This document shows positions 13,919 to 30,929 of a stretch of 64,000 nucleotides of DNA, one piece after another. Source of the DNA: Octopus vulgaris (lineage: Eukaryota). The stretch's first letter is position 1. The number at the start of each line of letters is the position of its first letter. The position numbers and the translations under genes are program-made. The notes below the pieces were generated by a model. The model made no database searches. It was not told the origin of the DNA and saw only the letters and a program-made list of their open reading frames with translations. Location: the NCBI GenBank assembly GCA_951406725.2, contig OX597828.1, forward strand, positions 53,940,001 through 54,004,000, written 5' to 3'.

Positions 13919-14967
13919 AAGCACTCAAGTAGAAATACATTGCATGTTATAGCAGAGACAGATGTAAGTTAATGAAATCCATACCATAATTGTTTATTCC
14001 TTTGCCATCCCAGTTTCTTATATATGCTAATTTTGTTATTTAAAATATGTTTGTGGCATATTTCAAACACTAAAGCAAATGCTCCGCAGTTAACGTGAAG
14101 AAAAATTCTCTCTAATGGTAAAAAGGTATAAATGGAGCGACAGAGTGACACTCAAGCACTCAACTATGAAAGCATTGCACCTTATAGCAGAAACAGCTAT
14201 AAGCTAATGAAATCCATAACATAATTGTTTATTCCTTTGCCATCCCAGTTTCTTATATATGCTAATTTTGTTATTTAAAATATGTTTGTGGCATATTTCA
14301 AACACTAAAGGCAAATGCTCCGCAGTTAACGTGAAGAAAAAATTCTCTCTAATGGTAAAAAGGTATAAATGGAGCGACAGAGTGACACTCAAGCACTCAA
14401 CTATGAAAGCATTGCACCTTATAGCAGAAACAGCTATAAGCTAATGAAATCCATAACATAATTGTTTATTCCTTTGCCATCCCAGTTTCTTATATATGCT
14501 AATTTTGTTATTTAAAATATGTTTGTGGCATATTTCAAACACTAAAGGCAAATGCTCCGCAGTTAACGTGAAGAAAAAATTCTCTCTAATGGTAAAAAGG
14601 TATAAATGGAGCGACAGAGTGACACTCAAGCACTCAACTATGAAAGCATTGCACCTTATAGCAGAAACAGCTATAAGCTAATGAAATCCATAACATAATT
14701 GTTTATTCCTTTGCCATCCCAGTTTCTTATATATGCTAATTTTGTTATTTAAAATATGTTTGTGGCATATTTCAAACACTAAAGGCAAATGCTCCGCAGT
14801 TAACGTGAAGAAAAAATTCTCTCTAATGGTAAAAAGGTATAAATGGAGCGACAGAGTGACACTCAAGCACTCAACTATGAAAGCATTGCACCTTATAGCA
14901 GAAACAGCTATAAGCTAATGAAATCCATAACATAATTGTTTATTCCTTTGCCATCCCAGTTTCTTAT
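13919..14967. repeat. 237-bp tandem array, ~4.4 copies
   Basis: aagcactcaa recurs at 13919, 14154, 14391, 14628 and 14865. Units 2-5 look identical. Confidence 0.97.
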
Positions 14968-15021
14968 TACTGCGCAACTGCCGACTGGCGCGTCGTACTG
15001 AAACATACGTATGTATATTTT
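14968..15021 (+). ncRNA. 5'-truncated hammerhead remnant
   Basis: Stem II-like UAC-UGCGC...GCGCG-UC-GUA, then GAAA, palindromic CAUACGUAUG, UA. No CUGANGA upstream, where the array ends. Confidence 0.5.
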
Positions 15022-15600
15022 ACCTTTGAGTTTTATTTAAGTTCTTCCTAAAATAGTCCAAGCCGGTCGCTAACAAAGCGACAAGACATTTTGAGTCAAA
15101 AGAGTTCTTGGTGTTTGTAAATATGTGGTTGAGTTGGTGTGTTGGTTGAGCTGTCGATGCACACACTCAAGTGTGTGCATCTATTCACCTAAAGAATCTA
15201 AGGTGGAGAATCTTTGGAATGTCTTATAAATTTTGAATGTTTCGCTAATAGATTGGATTTGGAGAATCCGCGCCAGATTTTCTTGCCCTTTCTTCAAAAT
15301 ACCTAATATTTCTTGGTGTGTGTGGGTGTATGAATGAACAGTCCGTTAATGATAACGTATCTAACTTTCAGGATCAGAATGTGGTCAATCATCAAATGAC
15401 AAAAAGAGGCCAAGAACGACACAGTTGGATAATATCCACGGACTCAGATGGTCACGCTCGTTAAATCAAGCGGGAAAAATCTGAAGACAGTTGCTTTTTA
15501 TAGGACCCTATAAAAGAGGCACCTAGGGACCCAACCCCCACGACGCTCCCAGGAATAGCAGGCGGCGGATGGATGCCTTTTTTATGTTGAAATTGAAAAT

Positions 15601-15660
15601 GAAACAGAGTTTGTCGCGTGGCTCCATTTTCATGCCACTGCGATCATCAGGCGTGAAACC
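15601..15660 (-). ncRNA. Disrupted hammerhead-like motif
   Basis: CACGC CUGAUGA UC GC A GUGGC-loop-GCCAC GC GACAAA CUCUG. GAAA is interrupted and the stem I partner is absent. Confidence 0.5.
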
Positions 15661-15982
15661 CTCAGTTTCAGCTTCAATAAGCAAACATATCCTCTACAAT
15701 ATGCCATCTATCTATCTGTCTGTCAGTATTCCCTACATCGATACACGCACACTTATATGTGTGTGTAAATTGTGATAATGTACTAAAGAACATATCTACA
15801 GATTTTAGTCAACACAGTGATGCTAAGACAAATGTAATTATAATGTCTATGTACATAATTTTCTTTGACAAAGATGTGTATAGTGTGCATTTCAACTCTG
15901 GAATTTTGCCCGAAGCTGTGTACCTTCCATAACTATCCACAAACACACTGCTAAAGACCCCTCTGATATTAGTGGCTAAAGT

Positions 15983-17053
15983 AAACCGTACAGACAAGTT
16001 TTTATAAGGGAAGCTGACATCTCCAGCACTCAGGGTTCTCGGATTCCGACAATACAAGAAAAGGAATCCGCTGCCTCAGGCAAAATTATGATCATACCTT
16101 TAACGATATTGACAACGCCGAAGACAGACCTAACTGGACAACTGGCTGAGGCCTGATGGCGGAAGCCAGCTACTCGGAAGGTCCAAAGCATGGTGCTTCC
16201 AGTATGGCAACATACCCAGACTGCAGCTGCCATTTTCGCTTTACAACTTTGCCATGATTCAGATAAAGGCAACAGAGACGTGCGAAGGTGGCTGGTCGGT
16301 CAGCCAAATTTCAGCTCAGTCAATCTATACAAGACCTATAAGCTGTACCTTCTAATATCATCAGTGGTGGAAAAATTGAAAACCACAAAAGCAAGAGCAA
16401 TCAGTACATTGCTTCCATCTGAAGACTAAAGAGTTAGACATGTCAACAAGACCATGAAATGTAGAGGATAACTGGAGTAGGAGACTGTCATGGACGAGGA
16501 GGATTTGGTAATTACAGCACCAAGAGGTGAGAAAACACCAGGAACAAGACAGGGCACATAGCGAAATGGGTCCGTGATTCAACAGAAGAGGATCTTCGAG
16601 TGAAGGTAGTCGTACTTAACCGCTAGAGGCAATGGATACAATGAGACCAGGCACTTGGGTACCTACTGTCCTAGAAGGAACTCTGGAGCACTGACCAAGG
16701 AGGATTGCACTTTATCCTCAGTGCTGTCGCTGACCTCTTTCCAAACTCGAAATAACCTTAAAATACGGAGAAGGGTAAGAAGACTCATCTTTCTGCACAG
16801 CTTGAATCACATTTTGACCGGATACCGTAGGGCACAGGGAAAAGGCCGATACAAGTGGAGACATGACAAGTTCCCAGCAGAAATTGCCAAGTGCACTGAT
16901 CTGCAGAGGGTGAAGGCTAATAAACATCAACCACAACCACTACCAAAGGGTATTAAATTCATAAAGGACGGAGACAACGCTCTCAAGGCGAAAGCAAAGG
17001 TAAGGGACCCGTTTTCTATTTTGCGTTCAACCTCAGACTGGGATATACAAGTC
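15983..17053 (+). mobile_element. Decayed HERO-type (RLE endonuclease) non-LTR retrotransposon fragment: RT thumb to Zn-knuckle region
   Basis: Frameshifted peptides IPTIQEK/IRCLRQNYD, GRSKAWCFQYGNIPRLQLPFSLY, RRWLVGQPNFSSVNLY..KLYLLISSVVEKLKTTKAR, SLNHILTG..AQGKGRYKWRHDK and ILRSTSDWDIQV match recalled HERO motifs (KAWIYQHGILPR, RRWLGLP, HILSSC...GRYRWRHD). Confidence 0.85.
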
Positions 17054-17666
17054 ATTAGACACACACACACACACGCAAACACACTCAAAGACGAATTGCA
17101 CACACACCAAGATGTATCAGCTACAGGTAATGGAGGTGACGGTGGTAGTGGGCGTGGATGGGCGTGGCAGGTGTGAGAAAGAACGTAATTGATTATCTAA
17201 AAACAACAGATTAAAATATCGGTGACGAGCGTCGCTGTGAATGGAGGCGGCTGCACAAACAAGGACACCTGCAACAGGAGCGCGGTCAAGTCTTGTTGTA
17301 TTGGAACTGGACTGTATTGTGCTGCAGATAGGCTACCGGACGGATGCAGGGTGGAGGTTGTAGGACAGTGTTACTGGGGAAACTAAACAACGTTCTTCTA
17401 TCAGCCAGTCCCTCACCACACACACACACACACACACACACACTGTCTTTCTCTCTGATCAAGAACATTTACGTATTGTGATGTCACAGTGTAAATGTGG
17501 ATGCCTGTGTCTGTAGGAGCGTGTGTGTGTGTATAGGATGTTTGTGTGGTGTGTGTGTGTGTGTGTGTGTGTTTTGTTGTTGCTACAACTTCGTTAGTGC
17601 AAGTGTATACCCAATACGTGCATATGAGTGTGAACGTGTGTACAAATACCCGCCCACACAAACACA

Positions 17667-20837
<3,171 letters not shown>

Positions 20838-21339
20838 TATATATATATATACGTGTGTGTAGACATGGAATTACATGAATAAACTGCAATAATCTATATA
20901 GAATAGGGTCGCCCCACCATGAAAGTCTTTCTTTGGCAAGGTGTACACAGTGTGTGAAGAGGTGAGACGTTTCTGAAGAACAAGAGTTAGAGAGAGGTAG
21001 TGAGCGGGGGTGGGAGGAGAGAGAGAGGATAGAAGAAAATGGGGGGAGGGGTAGAGGATGTGTTGAATGAAGACAATAGCTAGGGTAAGTGGGGCGATGA
21101 GTGGTCGGGGTTGTAAGGTGGACTGGGGATGACCTCAGCAGGTAGAGGCAGTGATGGGAGGAGTAGATGAGGTGGTGGGAGGAGAGAGAGAGAGAGAGAG
21201 TGGGCAATAGTGTAAGTGAACAAGCAAGAGGAGTGGGATGAGAGAAAGCGAAAGATACACACACACACACACACAATCCTTTTTCACTGTAAGTATAAGG
21301 CATGGAATTTTGATGGGAAGGAGGATAGTCAATATCGGA

Positions 21340-21492
21340 ATCAGCGCCCCACGAGCTCAGCTCATACCTATTTCAACGACCCCCGAAAGGATGAAAGGCA
21401 AAGTCGAACCTCGGCAGAATTTGAGCTCAGAACGCAAAGCCGGAAAGAACGTCGCGAAGCACTTTGTCCGGCGCGCGAACGACTCTGCCAGA
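21340..21492 (-). mobile_element. SINE-A
   Basis: cgaaaggatgaaaggcaaagtcga...gcagaatttgagctcagaacg. Confidence 0.8.
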
Positions 21493-22082
21493 AGAGAAGA
21501 GGTAGAAACGACCGAGAAGATCAACAAGAACGACAGAATAAGAGAACAGTACGTGCCCACGTGTTGCTGCGCCGACGCACGAAACATATTCGCTCTCTCT
21601 CTCTCTCTTCCTCTCTCTTTCGGTCCCTCTCTCTCTCTCTCTCACATCCTAATCTTCTCCTCATTGAAGTATTTTCCTAAGTCAATGTTTATTTTGTTGA
21701 TATTTTTCTACATCCACCCCACTCTCTTCACCCCCTCATTCCCACTCCGTTCGGGGGGGAGACCTGACACCTCTTCACCCACTCGTTTCACTTGATGCTC
21801 ACCCTTCAACCTATCAGTGAAACAATCCACCTGTTTCTCGTACAAAAGAACCCCCCCCCCGCCCCAACACGGAATCGGTCACTTTATAGTCCTATCTCAT
21901 TTTCCTTGCCCTTCTTTCCCAACGATGTCTACAGGAAACTAAAGCCCCTAATTGTTTTTATTTAGCCTCAGATCAACAATGATCCAGCCATGACCATTAA
22001 ATCTGTTTTTTAATATAAACATTTTTTTAGATTTTATTTTAAGGCACAAAAAGAAAATACCTCTCCCCAGACACAACAGATT

Positions 22083-22402
22083 ATGGTGAGAAGTTTGCTT
22101 CCTAACCACATCGTTATGGATTCAGTCCCACTGCGTGGTACCTTGAGCCGACCAAGGCCTTGAGAGCGGATTTGGTGGACAGAAACTGAAAGAAGCTCGG
22201 TGCACACGCGCGTCACTGCTTGAGTACTGGTATTGGCGTATCTAAGTCCATCTAAATTAGCGGATCGACAACAAAAACCGATAGAATAAGTACCAGACTT
22301 TAGAAAAACAAGTACAGGGGGTCGATTAGTTCACCTAAAAAGCTCATCAAAGTGGTGCACCAGCATGGCCGCAGTCTAATGACAAAAAAAAAGGATAAAA
22401 GA
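22083..22402 (+). mobile_element. SINE family B, older diverged copy
   Basis: ttcagtcccactgcgtggtaccttg...cagcatggccgcagtctaatgac. Confidence 0.8.
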
Positions 22403-22568
22403 TACATATTGTTAGGGTCCCGTTGTTGAATATGCCCATTTTCAAGACAGTATAAAGTGATATGTGGGCGGTTGGCTGATTTTTCTTCTAACAGGTCCAG
22501 CTACTCATTGAGGTTCTTTTAATTGGGCTCATCTTAAAAATGTAAGGCAATGTAAGACCTCTCAACCG

Positions 22569-22856
22569 TTTTAGATCACAGTTCTAGAATAAACCCGGGC
22601 TCCGTGCGCCGTCGCCAGCCGCTCTTAAACCTGTAAATATTTAACCAGCCGCCCTCATCCAAGCGAAACTCAGTTTGATCCCTTACAAAATTACATCGAA
22701 GTGATTTCTCGTACAAAAATATAAGTCAATAACAGCCTCTCAGCCATTTTAGATCACAGTTCTGAAATAAACCTGAGCTCTGTGCGCCGTCGCCAGCCGC
22801 CAAAATCAGTTTGCTTCCGTACAAAATTACATCGAAGTGATTTCTCGTACGTAAAA
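22569..22856. repeat. Local ~180-bp diverged tandem duplication
   Basis: ttttagatcacagttct...gtgcgccgtcgccagccgc...tacaaaattacatcgaagtgatttctcgtac occurs at 22569 and 22748. Confidence 0.85.
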
Positions 22857-23478
22857 TCCAAAGCTGTGGAGAGAGATTGGTTTGGTGCCACGAAACGAAA
22901 ACAATTCAAAATAGGAATTTCATGACATGTCAGACTTCCTTCACAGATTCCACTGACGCAACAACAACAACAACAGCAGCAGCAGCAGCAGCAGCGCACA
23001 CATCGGGTTTCAGAATCACATAAATCAAGAAACTTATATCAACATGAACTCAATGAATTGTGGGTACATTCTTAGCTGAGAGTGAGAGAGAGAAAAAAAG
23101 AGAGAAAGGGTGTGGAGAGCAACAGAGAGGAAGAGATTCTATAGAACAAGGGGTTAGTTCCTGTTTCCCCCCACAAACCTCTCATTTTAAAACTTGAAAA
23201 AATTTCTGTGACAGCTCCAAGTACCTTGGAACCTCATCCTCCACCGACTTAGACGGTATTTAACAATTAGGCTCAGTACATCTCATTTAAATATGCAGCA
23301 CACACACACACACACACACACGCAATGGATGTGTGTGGGTGGGTGTTTATAAATAATGCTGAAATTTTTTTTCAATTCTCATCTTTTTATAGTTGTTGTT
23401 GTTGTGTTACTTGTATAAAATACTGACACAGTGGAAATAACAAAGGGAAGAATGAGAAGCAGAAGAATGGATGGAGGG

Positions 23479-23681
23479 TTTACTCTTTTACTTGTTTCAG
23501 TCATTTGACTGTGGCCATGCTGGAGCACCGCCTTTAGTCGAGCAAATCGACCCCCAGGACTTATTCTTTGTAAGCCTAGTATTTATTCTATCGGTGACTT
23601 TTGCCGAACCGCTAAGTTACGGGGAGGTTGTCAAGCGATGTTGGGGGGACAAACACAGACACACAAACATATACACACACG

Positions 23682-23727
<46 letters not shown>

Positions 23728-23918
23728 CATACATACATACATACATACATACATACGACGGGCTTCCTTCAGTTTCCGTCTACCAAATCCACTCACAAGG
23801 CTTTGGTTGGCCCGAGGCTAAAGTAGAAGATACTTGCCCAAGGTGCCACGCAGTGGGACTGAACCCAGAACTATGTGGTTGGTAAGCAAGCTACTTACCA
23901 CACAGCCACTCCTACGCC
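23479..23918 (-). mobile_element. Full-length tRNA-derived SINE-B with central microsatellite
   Basis: Head ggcgtaggagtggctgtgtggtaag, B-box ggttcagtccc, CORE-like caccttgggcaag, tail ending aagtaaaagagta. Confidence 0.92.
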
Positions 23919-24600
23919 AAATGATGATGCAAAGTAAAAGAAATGAACGAATGGCGAGAATGAACGATAAATGCAAGGCGGTTTGAAGGACAGTAAATAG
24001 ATGAAGGAATGACAGTATAAGGACGTGAAGGAAGAACAATAAAGACGAAGGAGACAGAGAGCAAAAATGTGAAGGAACAATAGCAAAGAGATGAGAGAAT
24101 GACTGTAAAAGCGAACGTGAAGAAAGGATAGTTATAAGGGAGAGGACAATGAAATTGTGAAGGAAGAAGAATAAGGGCAGATATAAGAAGAGTAGGAGGA
24201 ATGATAAATATAAAGTGAAACGATGGAGAGAGAGAGAAAGATCAGTTGGGTAACATGGTAACAACGTTAAATTATTTGAAGAAAAAGTAAATTCCGAAAA
24301 GTCGTTCCATTAAAAACGCACGAAATCCAAAGCCAACTCCTTGCGTTCATCCCCAGCAGAATACCAGGGCCCAACCTGCAGCAGCAGAACTTTCCAAGCA
24401 AGCATTGGCCTGATTAGTCACACCGGATGACTGTGATGTATCTTTTTCCACGTGATGTCCTAAACATTATTACCATAAACAACAGACGTATAAGCTGTCC
24501 CAACATCCCTACACAAAAACGTACTGTATATATATATAGACACGTTCTACATACATGTACAGACAATTTGAAAAACCATGAAGAAACATTGATGACTAAC

Positions 24601-24792
24601 CTCGATGAAGTTGGCGAGGAGAACACAGCTCAACTCCTGCTCCAAAATCTCCTTGTTGGATGGGTTGTTATAGCAAACAGCGATCAGGGTTGGGAACAAA
24701 ATATTGGTAAGTCGGGGGTCGCTGAAATACTGGAATGGTAAGGAGCACAGCTGCTGAAGAATGGTCGGAGACTGGCCAGATTGGACAATGTT
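24601..24792 (-). CDS. SCAPER: SCAPER, next exon downstream, 64 codons
   Basis: Translates NIVQSGQSPTILQQLCSLPFQYFSDPRLTNILFPTLIAVCYNNPSNKEILEQELSCVLLANFIE, matching recalled human VIVQSGRHPTVLQKLCQLPFQYFSDPRLIKVLFPSLIAACYNNHQNKIILEQEMSCVLLATFIQ. Acceptor ttcttttattttcag|AAC, donor GAG|gttagt, 192 bp. Joins in frame to the 36693-36842 exon. Confidence 0.95.
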
Positions 24793-25693
24793 CTGAAAAT
24801 AAAAGAAAACCAGGTTAAATTTACTGTTTAGAAAAAGGACTGCATGGAGGTAGTTAGAAAGATAGACGTGTAGAAAGAGATAGAGAGCAGGGTTTAGGCC
24901 AATAGAAACACAGGCAGCCAAGCATATAGGCAGGCAGAAAGACACGCACACGGAGGAAGGTAGATCTTGAAGGCTCTGACAGCGTGCTGCTCATGTTCGT
25001 TGGGAATGGTGGACGATGAGCTTTTCTTGATATAAGAACTGGATTTTCTTTTCTCTGATAAGCAATGAGATTGCAATGACCTGACCTTATTTGAGGTGTT
25101 TATGAGGTGACTACATTCTCATTGCTTTTACGAGAAAAAACAGTTCTGCTCATATCTCGAAAGTAAAGCTTCAACCATATTGCAAAGTCTGGTCCCGTTT
25201 TTTCTGAGCCAATAAAAATTTCACAGCTCAACAAGCACAACTTCTACAAAGCTGTGTGTTTATCCCATAACAGAGTATCGCTCTTATATCGTGTGCTCCT
25301 ACATTTAGCGCCATGTTGCCTCTTAATAAACATAATAAAAAGCACATCTAAAAATTAGGCCACATGACTAATTGATGTCAAAATCAATGTCACATACAAA
25401 CACACACACATCCCTAAGTATCTGATAAAATGCTGTGTCCTCTCTCTTTCATTTCTACCACTATGACAATTGCTTCTGCTCCTTGAAGCAACATGATTTC
25501 CCGCCACCTCCACTCACGCACCTTTCCTCATCCCATTCAACTTGCTGTATCCAACAGTTTAAAAAAGAAATGCTAACGCCATCAATCACATGAGGCTTGC
25601 AGGGTCCACGAAGGCCACGGGGCTTGCGTTCTTCTCTGAAGCTTGCTTACACACACACACAAGCACATGAATTCGCGCATATAAGTGTGCGTG

Positions 25694-25738
<45 letters not shown>

Positions 25739-25778
25739 GCACGTAAATTCTCATTATATATATATATATATATGATTG

Positions 25779-25818
<40 letters not shown>

Positions 25819-25848
25819 TGTATATATATGCATATATATGTATAAATG

Positions 25849-25880
<32 letters not shown>

Positions 25881-26891
25881 TTATATACACACACACACAC
25901 AGAGACATACATCGTCACACCTATGGCTGCACACACACATACATATACACACGTAGTATAGAGGGTGGCGTAGATAGAGGGAAGAGAAAGACAACAGCCG
26001 TAACAATTCAGTCAGTGTTTTTTAAGAAACATGTTATTTTTGGGATGGTGGAGGTGGCGGTGGTGGTAGAGGTACGGAGGGGAGGGGGTGAAGGGGAGGG
26101 GTGTGGAGGGGAAGAAACATTGTTTCTCTGGATTGACTCACCGTTATTTCAAGACATTCAATACTGGAACCATGGCTACAAACCTACAGGATTCCGCACG
26201 AGGGTGGAGGTGGAGGTGGGGGGTCGCGGGTGTACGGAGATAAGGGTGGATGGGTGGTTGAGTGAGCGAGTGAGTCGTCTGTGGGTGCAAGGAGCATTGC
26301 GGACAACATCAGAGATAGAGGACGGGTTCGTGTGTGTATGAGAGAAAGCGCGTGTGTGTGTGAGAGAGAGAGAGAGAGAGGACACACACAAACATTAAAA
26401 AGTGGAGGGGGGCGGTGAATAGTTTTTAGTGACAATATTATCTCAAAATTTTGCAACAGACACACATTTATCTCTAAAGCCATTTTCCCTCCCACCATTC
26501 CTGCAACACACGTTTTCTTTCTCTCTCTCTCTCTCTCCTCTTCCTCATCCCCTCACCACCACAGTATTTCGCCTCCAGCGCCCCCAACCGCCCAACTGAC
26601 TTAGAACAACACAGCTGAATGAAACCGATGCCGTCAAGTATGCAAGTAAGGGTCACTGATTATAGGGTAATGGGGAGGGGAGAGAAAAAGGGGAAGGGTG
26701 AAGAGGGTGGGTAAGGGATTGGTGGTGGGAGAAGAGCTGAAGGGGACGGCAAAGTTACATGGAAAAAAAACAGGGGGAGGAGGAAACGAAAGGACGAGGG
26801 GAGGGTGAGGTTATTTAATCTCCATCATTGCCCAACAGGGGTCTCTGCTTGTTTTGAATATATAGATACACCTTGCTACAAGTGGCCAAAA

Positions 26892-26925
<34 letters not shown>

Positions 26926-27394
26926 GGTTTTGCCGACTATCTTGTAAGAACACAAGATGATTAACATCCTGAGGACTTCATTATGTAGTGGAGTCGGATG
27001 GACTTAGATTTAGCTTGGGAAACTTCAAGTCGCGGGAGACTCAATATTTTCAAAGTGTATATGTCGCTCTGCGTGTACACACACACACATTGGAAATATA
27101 CATACACCTCTATGTAGTTACAATGCTATAAATCGCAACTAAATCTCCCTCGATTATAATCCTATACAATTTTAAAACTACAGGAGACATAACGTAGTCC
27201 AAGATAGCCAATATCTGAAAAGACGGGATGGTCATGGCTAGAATGCCATTCGTTGCAAGCCATCAGAAACAGACAGAATCCCCGACTGTCAATAACAAAA
27301 CTTAAAAAATTACTGACTTTCGCTAAGTTGCTGCCCCTGACCAAAAGGGTGCATGGGGTGTCAGGGTGAGGTAATGACGGGCGGGGGGAACATG

Positions 27395-27758
27395 TGGGGC
27401 TCTTTGGAGTAGATTGTCCTCACCTAACACCGGTGGCTCTTCAAAGCTCTCTGCATGCAACAGCGGCTACACCCCGAGCAACGGCTTCCACAGGCTGGCT
27501 AAACCATGGTGAGGGTAGCCGACAGTTTCAAACCTGCGGTGAGCTAGGGCTTTTCTACCTACACGTGTGAAGACGACCCGGCAGACTCTGCGGTCTGCGG
27601 ACCAGAATGGTTCAACAGGCAGGAGGACTAATCAGCAAACATTGTAGGCAGGCGGACAAGGCACAGTGAGACACGAAGGACACTGCGGCCATCTACAGCA
27701 TCCCGGCCTGTCTCTAGTCGTCTTCACTTCGCCCTGCCACTGGAATCAGATACGAAAG

Positions 27759-27809
<51 letters not shown>

Positions 27810-27870
27810 CAGATGACGCAGTACAACCATCCCTCACTTTAATCCATTTCACGCGCATGGCAACACATCA
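27395..27870 (+). mobile_element. RTE-related non-coding repeat with internal (GA)n expansion
   Basis: ggctaaacc...gagggtagccgacag, agtcgtcttcacttcgccctgccactgga and ccctcactttaatccatttcacgcgca resemble recalled RTE-derived non-autonomous repeats. Confidence 0.6.
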
Positions 27871-28045
27871 CACCATCCCAGACCCCTGACCAACGGTAAA
27901 GCAGAACAACACGTGTCTTCTTCCTGAAAAGCGTGTGCGGAAGGGGAGAAACTCAGTCGTCCAACCAAGTGCAACCGCGGCCGAGAATGAATGAATCAAT
28001 ACTGTTACAAAGAAAACATATTTTCTTTTGAATGCAAACATCCTA

Positions 28046-28081
<36 letters not shown>

Positions 28082-28840
28082 GTATAAATACAAGTGTAAA
28101 GGTTAAATGGTCAAGTAAGAGTCTGACCAGAGACGCAGTCGGGTTAATCATATTGTTTCAATTATGACAGAAATTAAATATGGTATTAATATATTTTTAC
28201 TCGTTCAATTTCTAATCGATTATTGGATTGCGGCCATGCTGGAGGCACCGCTTCCGTGGGTTTAGTCGAGCATATCGGACCCAGAAAGGGTTTTTAAGTT
28301 TAGTATTTAGTTCATCAATCGGTAAATATCGAACAGCAAGTTCACAATGAATGAACGTAATTGGTTTTAAGTGGCATAAAAACGTAAACACACGCATGCG
28401 CGCATGGTGCTGGAAAACTTTACAAACCGTTGCTGAGTTTCAGGAATACGGTCATGTGACAGAAGTGAATGTTTGGAACAATGCAATGGTTTATAAATGA
28501 GGTGTTGTGTGTGTGTGTGGTTTGTTCCAAGATCAACAAAGAGCGGGTGGATATTCGAGATCATTGTCAATCTACTCGTAATCATTCCGTCTTTATGTTT
28601 ATCCCAAACTAATCCTGGAATATGTCTTGTAATTTGGGACAGAAGAATATAATTTTAGAATGACTTAGCTGCTATTTCCAGCTTCACGTAGAGAATCCTT
28701 TATTAGCAGATAACTATATACATGCAGAGGAGATAAGGGAGAGAAAGAGAGTGAGAGAGAGAGAACACGCTTAGAGAAAGAGAGAGAGAGAGAGAGAGGG
28801 GGAGAGAGAAAGAGTACACGCTCGAGTGTATATGCATATA

Positions 28841-29346
28841 CCGTAAATCCTCGAGTATAATCCGCATTTTTCCCCAAAAATTTAAAGGTCAAAATCCCTA
28901 GTGCGTACTATATACGAGGTTAAAAATGAAAATTATTTTCTAAGCAATGTCCGTGTCTCTATTTTCTGTCCGGCAATATTTATTCAGACGCATTTTGTGA
29001 TGTTGGGCGCAAAAATACCTTAAGCTAAGCCTGAAAGCAATGAAGTCATAAAAGGATCATCCATAACTTGCAGTAAGCAACATTTATTAAACGTTATTAC
29101 TGTTATTTTTTTTTTTATTTTCTGCAAACAAAATGCACAAAAAAGCTACACGTTTGCATTATGTTATATATACAATAATAATAAATGACGTTACCGTATA
29201 CATCTTTACAAACCAAGGACGTTATATAGACCTCCTTGAGTCAAGTTAGAGAAGGGGTGCCTAGGTTTAAGTTTTTCAGAGGTACAGCCTCCTAAAAGTC
29301 CCCTGCGTATTATACTCAAGGGCGGACTATACTCGAGGATTTGCGG
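28841..29346. mobile_element. Tc1/mariner-superfamily (Tc2/pogo-like) MITE
   Basis: TIRs CCGTAAATCCTCGAGTATAATCCGC / GCGGACTATACTCGAGGATTTGCGG, flanked by TA. Confidence 0.9.
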
Positions 29347-30929
29347 TATGCCAGAATCGTTACCTTGTCACGTCCTCTAATGTCTTCAATTAAAAAACGC
29401 AAATAAAATTTTTAAAAAAACCCAAATTCGTCTTCCTTATTTGCTATTTCTATAAAATAAGTCGCAATCAAAATCTGGTGTTGATAATATTGGAATATTG
29501 TAGTTAAAGCAGCGCTCCAGAATGGTCGCAATCTAGTGGCATGTGTTGAAGCGATAAATAATTTTAAAAAAATAGTGTATCTGTATAATTTTATACACAC
29601 GCATGCATTTACAGACATCCACACACGTACGATCCATGTTTTACCAGCTGGGCTCGAAAATATACACCACACAACATGCACATACACATACCAGTGTCGA
29701 GGTCAAATTGCAATTAACCAACAAACCTAACAAAACACAACTTCCATACATTCAATACATACACATATAAAACATGCATATATAGATAATACATACATGG
29801 ATACATGTATGTATATGACAAATCAACACTGTGTTAAGTAGCTGAGGTCATAACGGATGAATACACATAACTTCTTTCTGAACGATGTTTACAAAAAACA
29901 ATCTCTATATACGTATATACATACATGTGTACACACAAGTACACACAAATTAAAAGGCACATGCATGATTTACACATACATACACACACACACACACATA
30001 TATATATACATACAGATGTATGTATGTATTCATTTTGGATGCGAAATGAAAAAGTGAAACGAAATAAGACTACACAAACGGTTAATTTAATATTGCAATT
30101 AAATAACACACACTCTTTCTCACTCTCTCTCTCTCTCTCGCACACACGCGCGCGCTAACATGCTATCTTAAAGATAACTTTTGGGTCGCGACATGGGACT
30201 TTTATACATGACGATTAAGTGTCAAGTCCGTATGGAGAAGAGGCAGAACGAAGCAAAACACATGCGACACTGAACAGAAATGGGACGAAAAATAATACTT
30301 AATGTTTTACTTGTTTCAGTTATGAAAATGCGGCCGTGCTGGGGCACCGCCTTGAAGGATTTTTAGCCGAACGAATCGACCCCCAGTACCTCATTTCTTG
30401 TAATGCTTGGTACTTATTCTATCGGTCGGTTTTGCCGAACCGCTAATTACGAGGGCGTAAACAGACATCTGCATCTACATCTCGTAAATCTCTGAAGTTG
30501 TTTGGTAGAATGCTAAATAGTTGAGGACCCTTGAAACCCAAACTGTTATAGTATTAAGTCCTTATTCTTGGAGAAGACGGGGACATATAGCACTATGCAG
30601 TGTTGTCCAGTTCGCTGGTCGGCATATATATATATATATGAGATTTTGTGAGAAAATAGATTCCTCTTTAAAATGGTTGTCAGCATCCAAGCGTCCTCCG
30701 GTTTTATCGTATATATCGATGAACTTTGTGAAATCCTGCTTTTCCGTGGTAGCATTAGTGTTTATTATTTGTTAGGCACCAGTATTATATACATTTTGGA
30801 GTTCCAGTATTTCATATAGATTTTTACTTCTCATCGATATATGTCGGTGTAGTTATGGTAATATACCAAAGAAAATGGACACTTCGAACACAGCATAATC
30901 AATTTATTAACATTTTGTCAACGATATAA

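Noticed and set aside
27455-27530. HDV-like ribozyme in the RTE-related repeat
   Set aside because: Could not assemble P1, P2, P3 and P1.1 consistently by eye.
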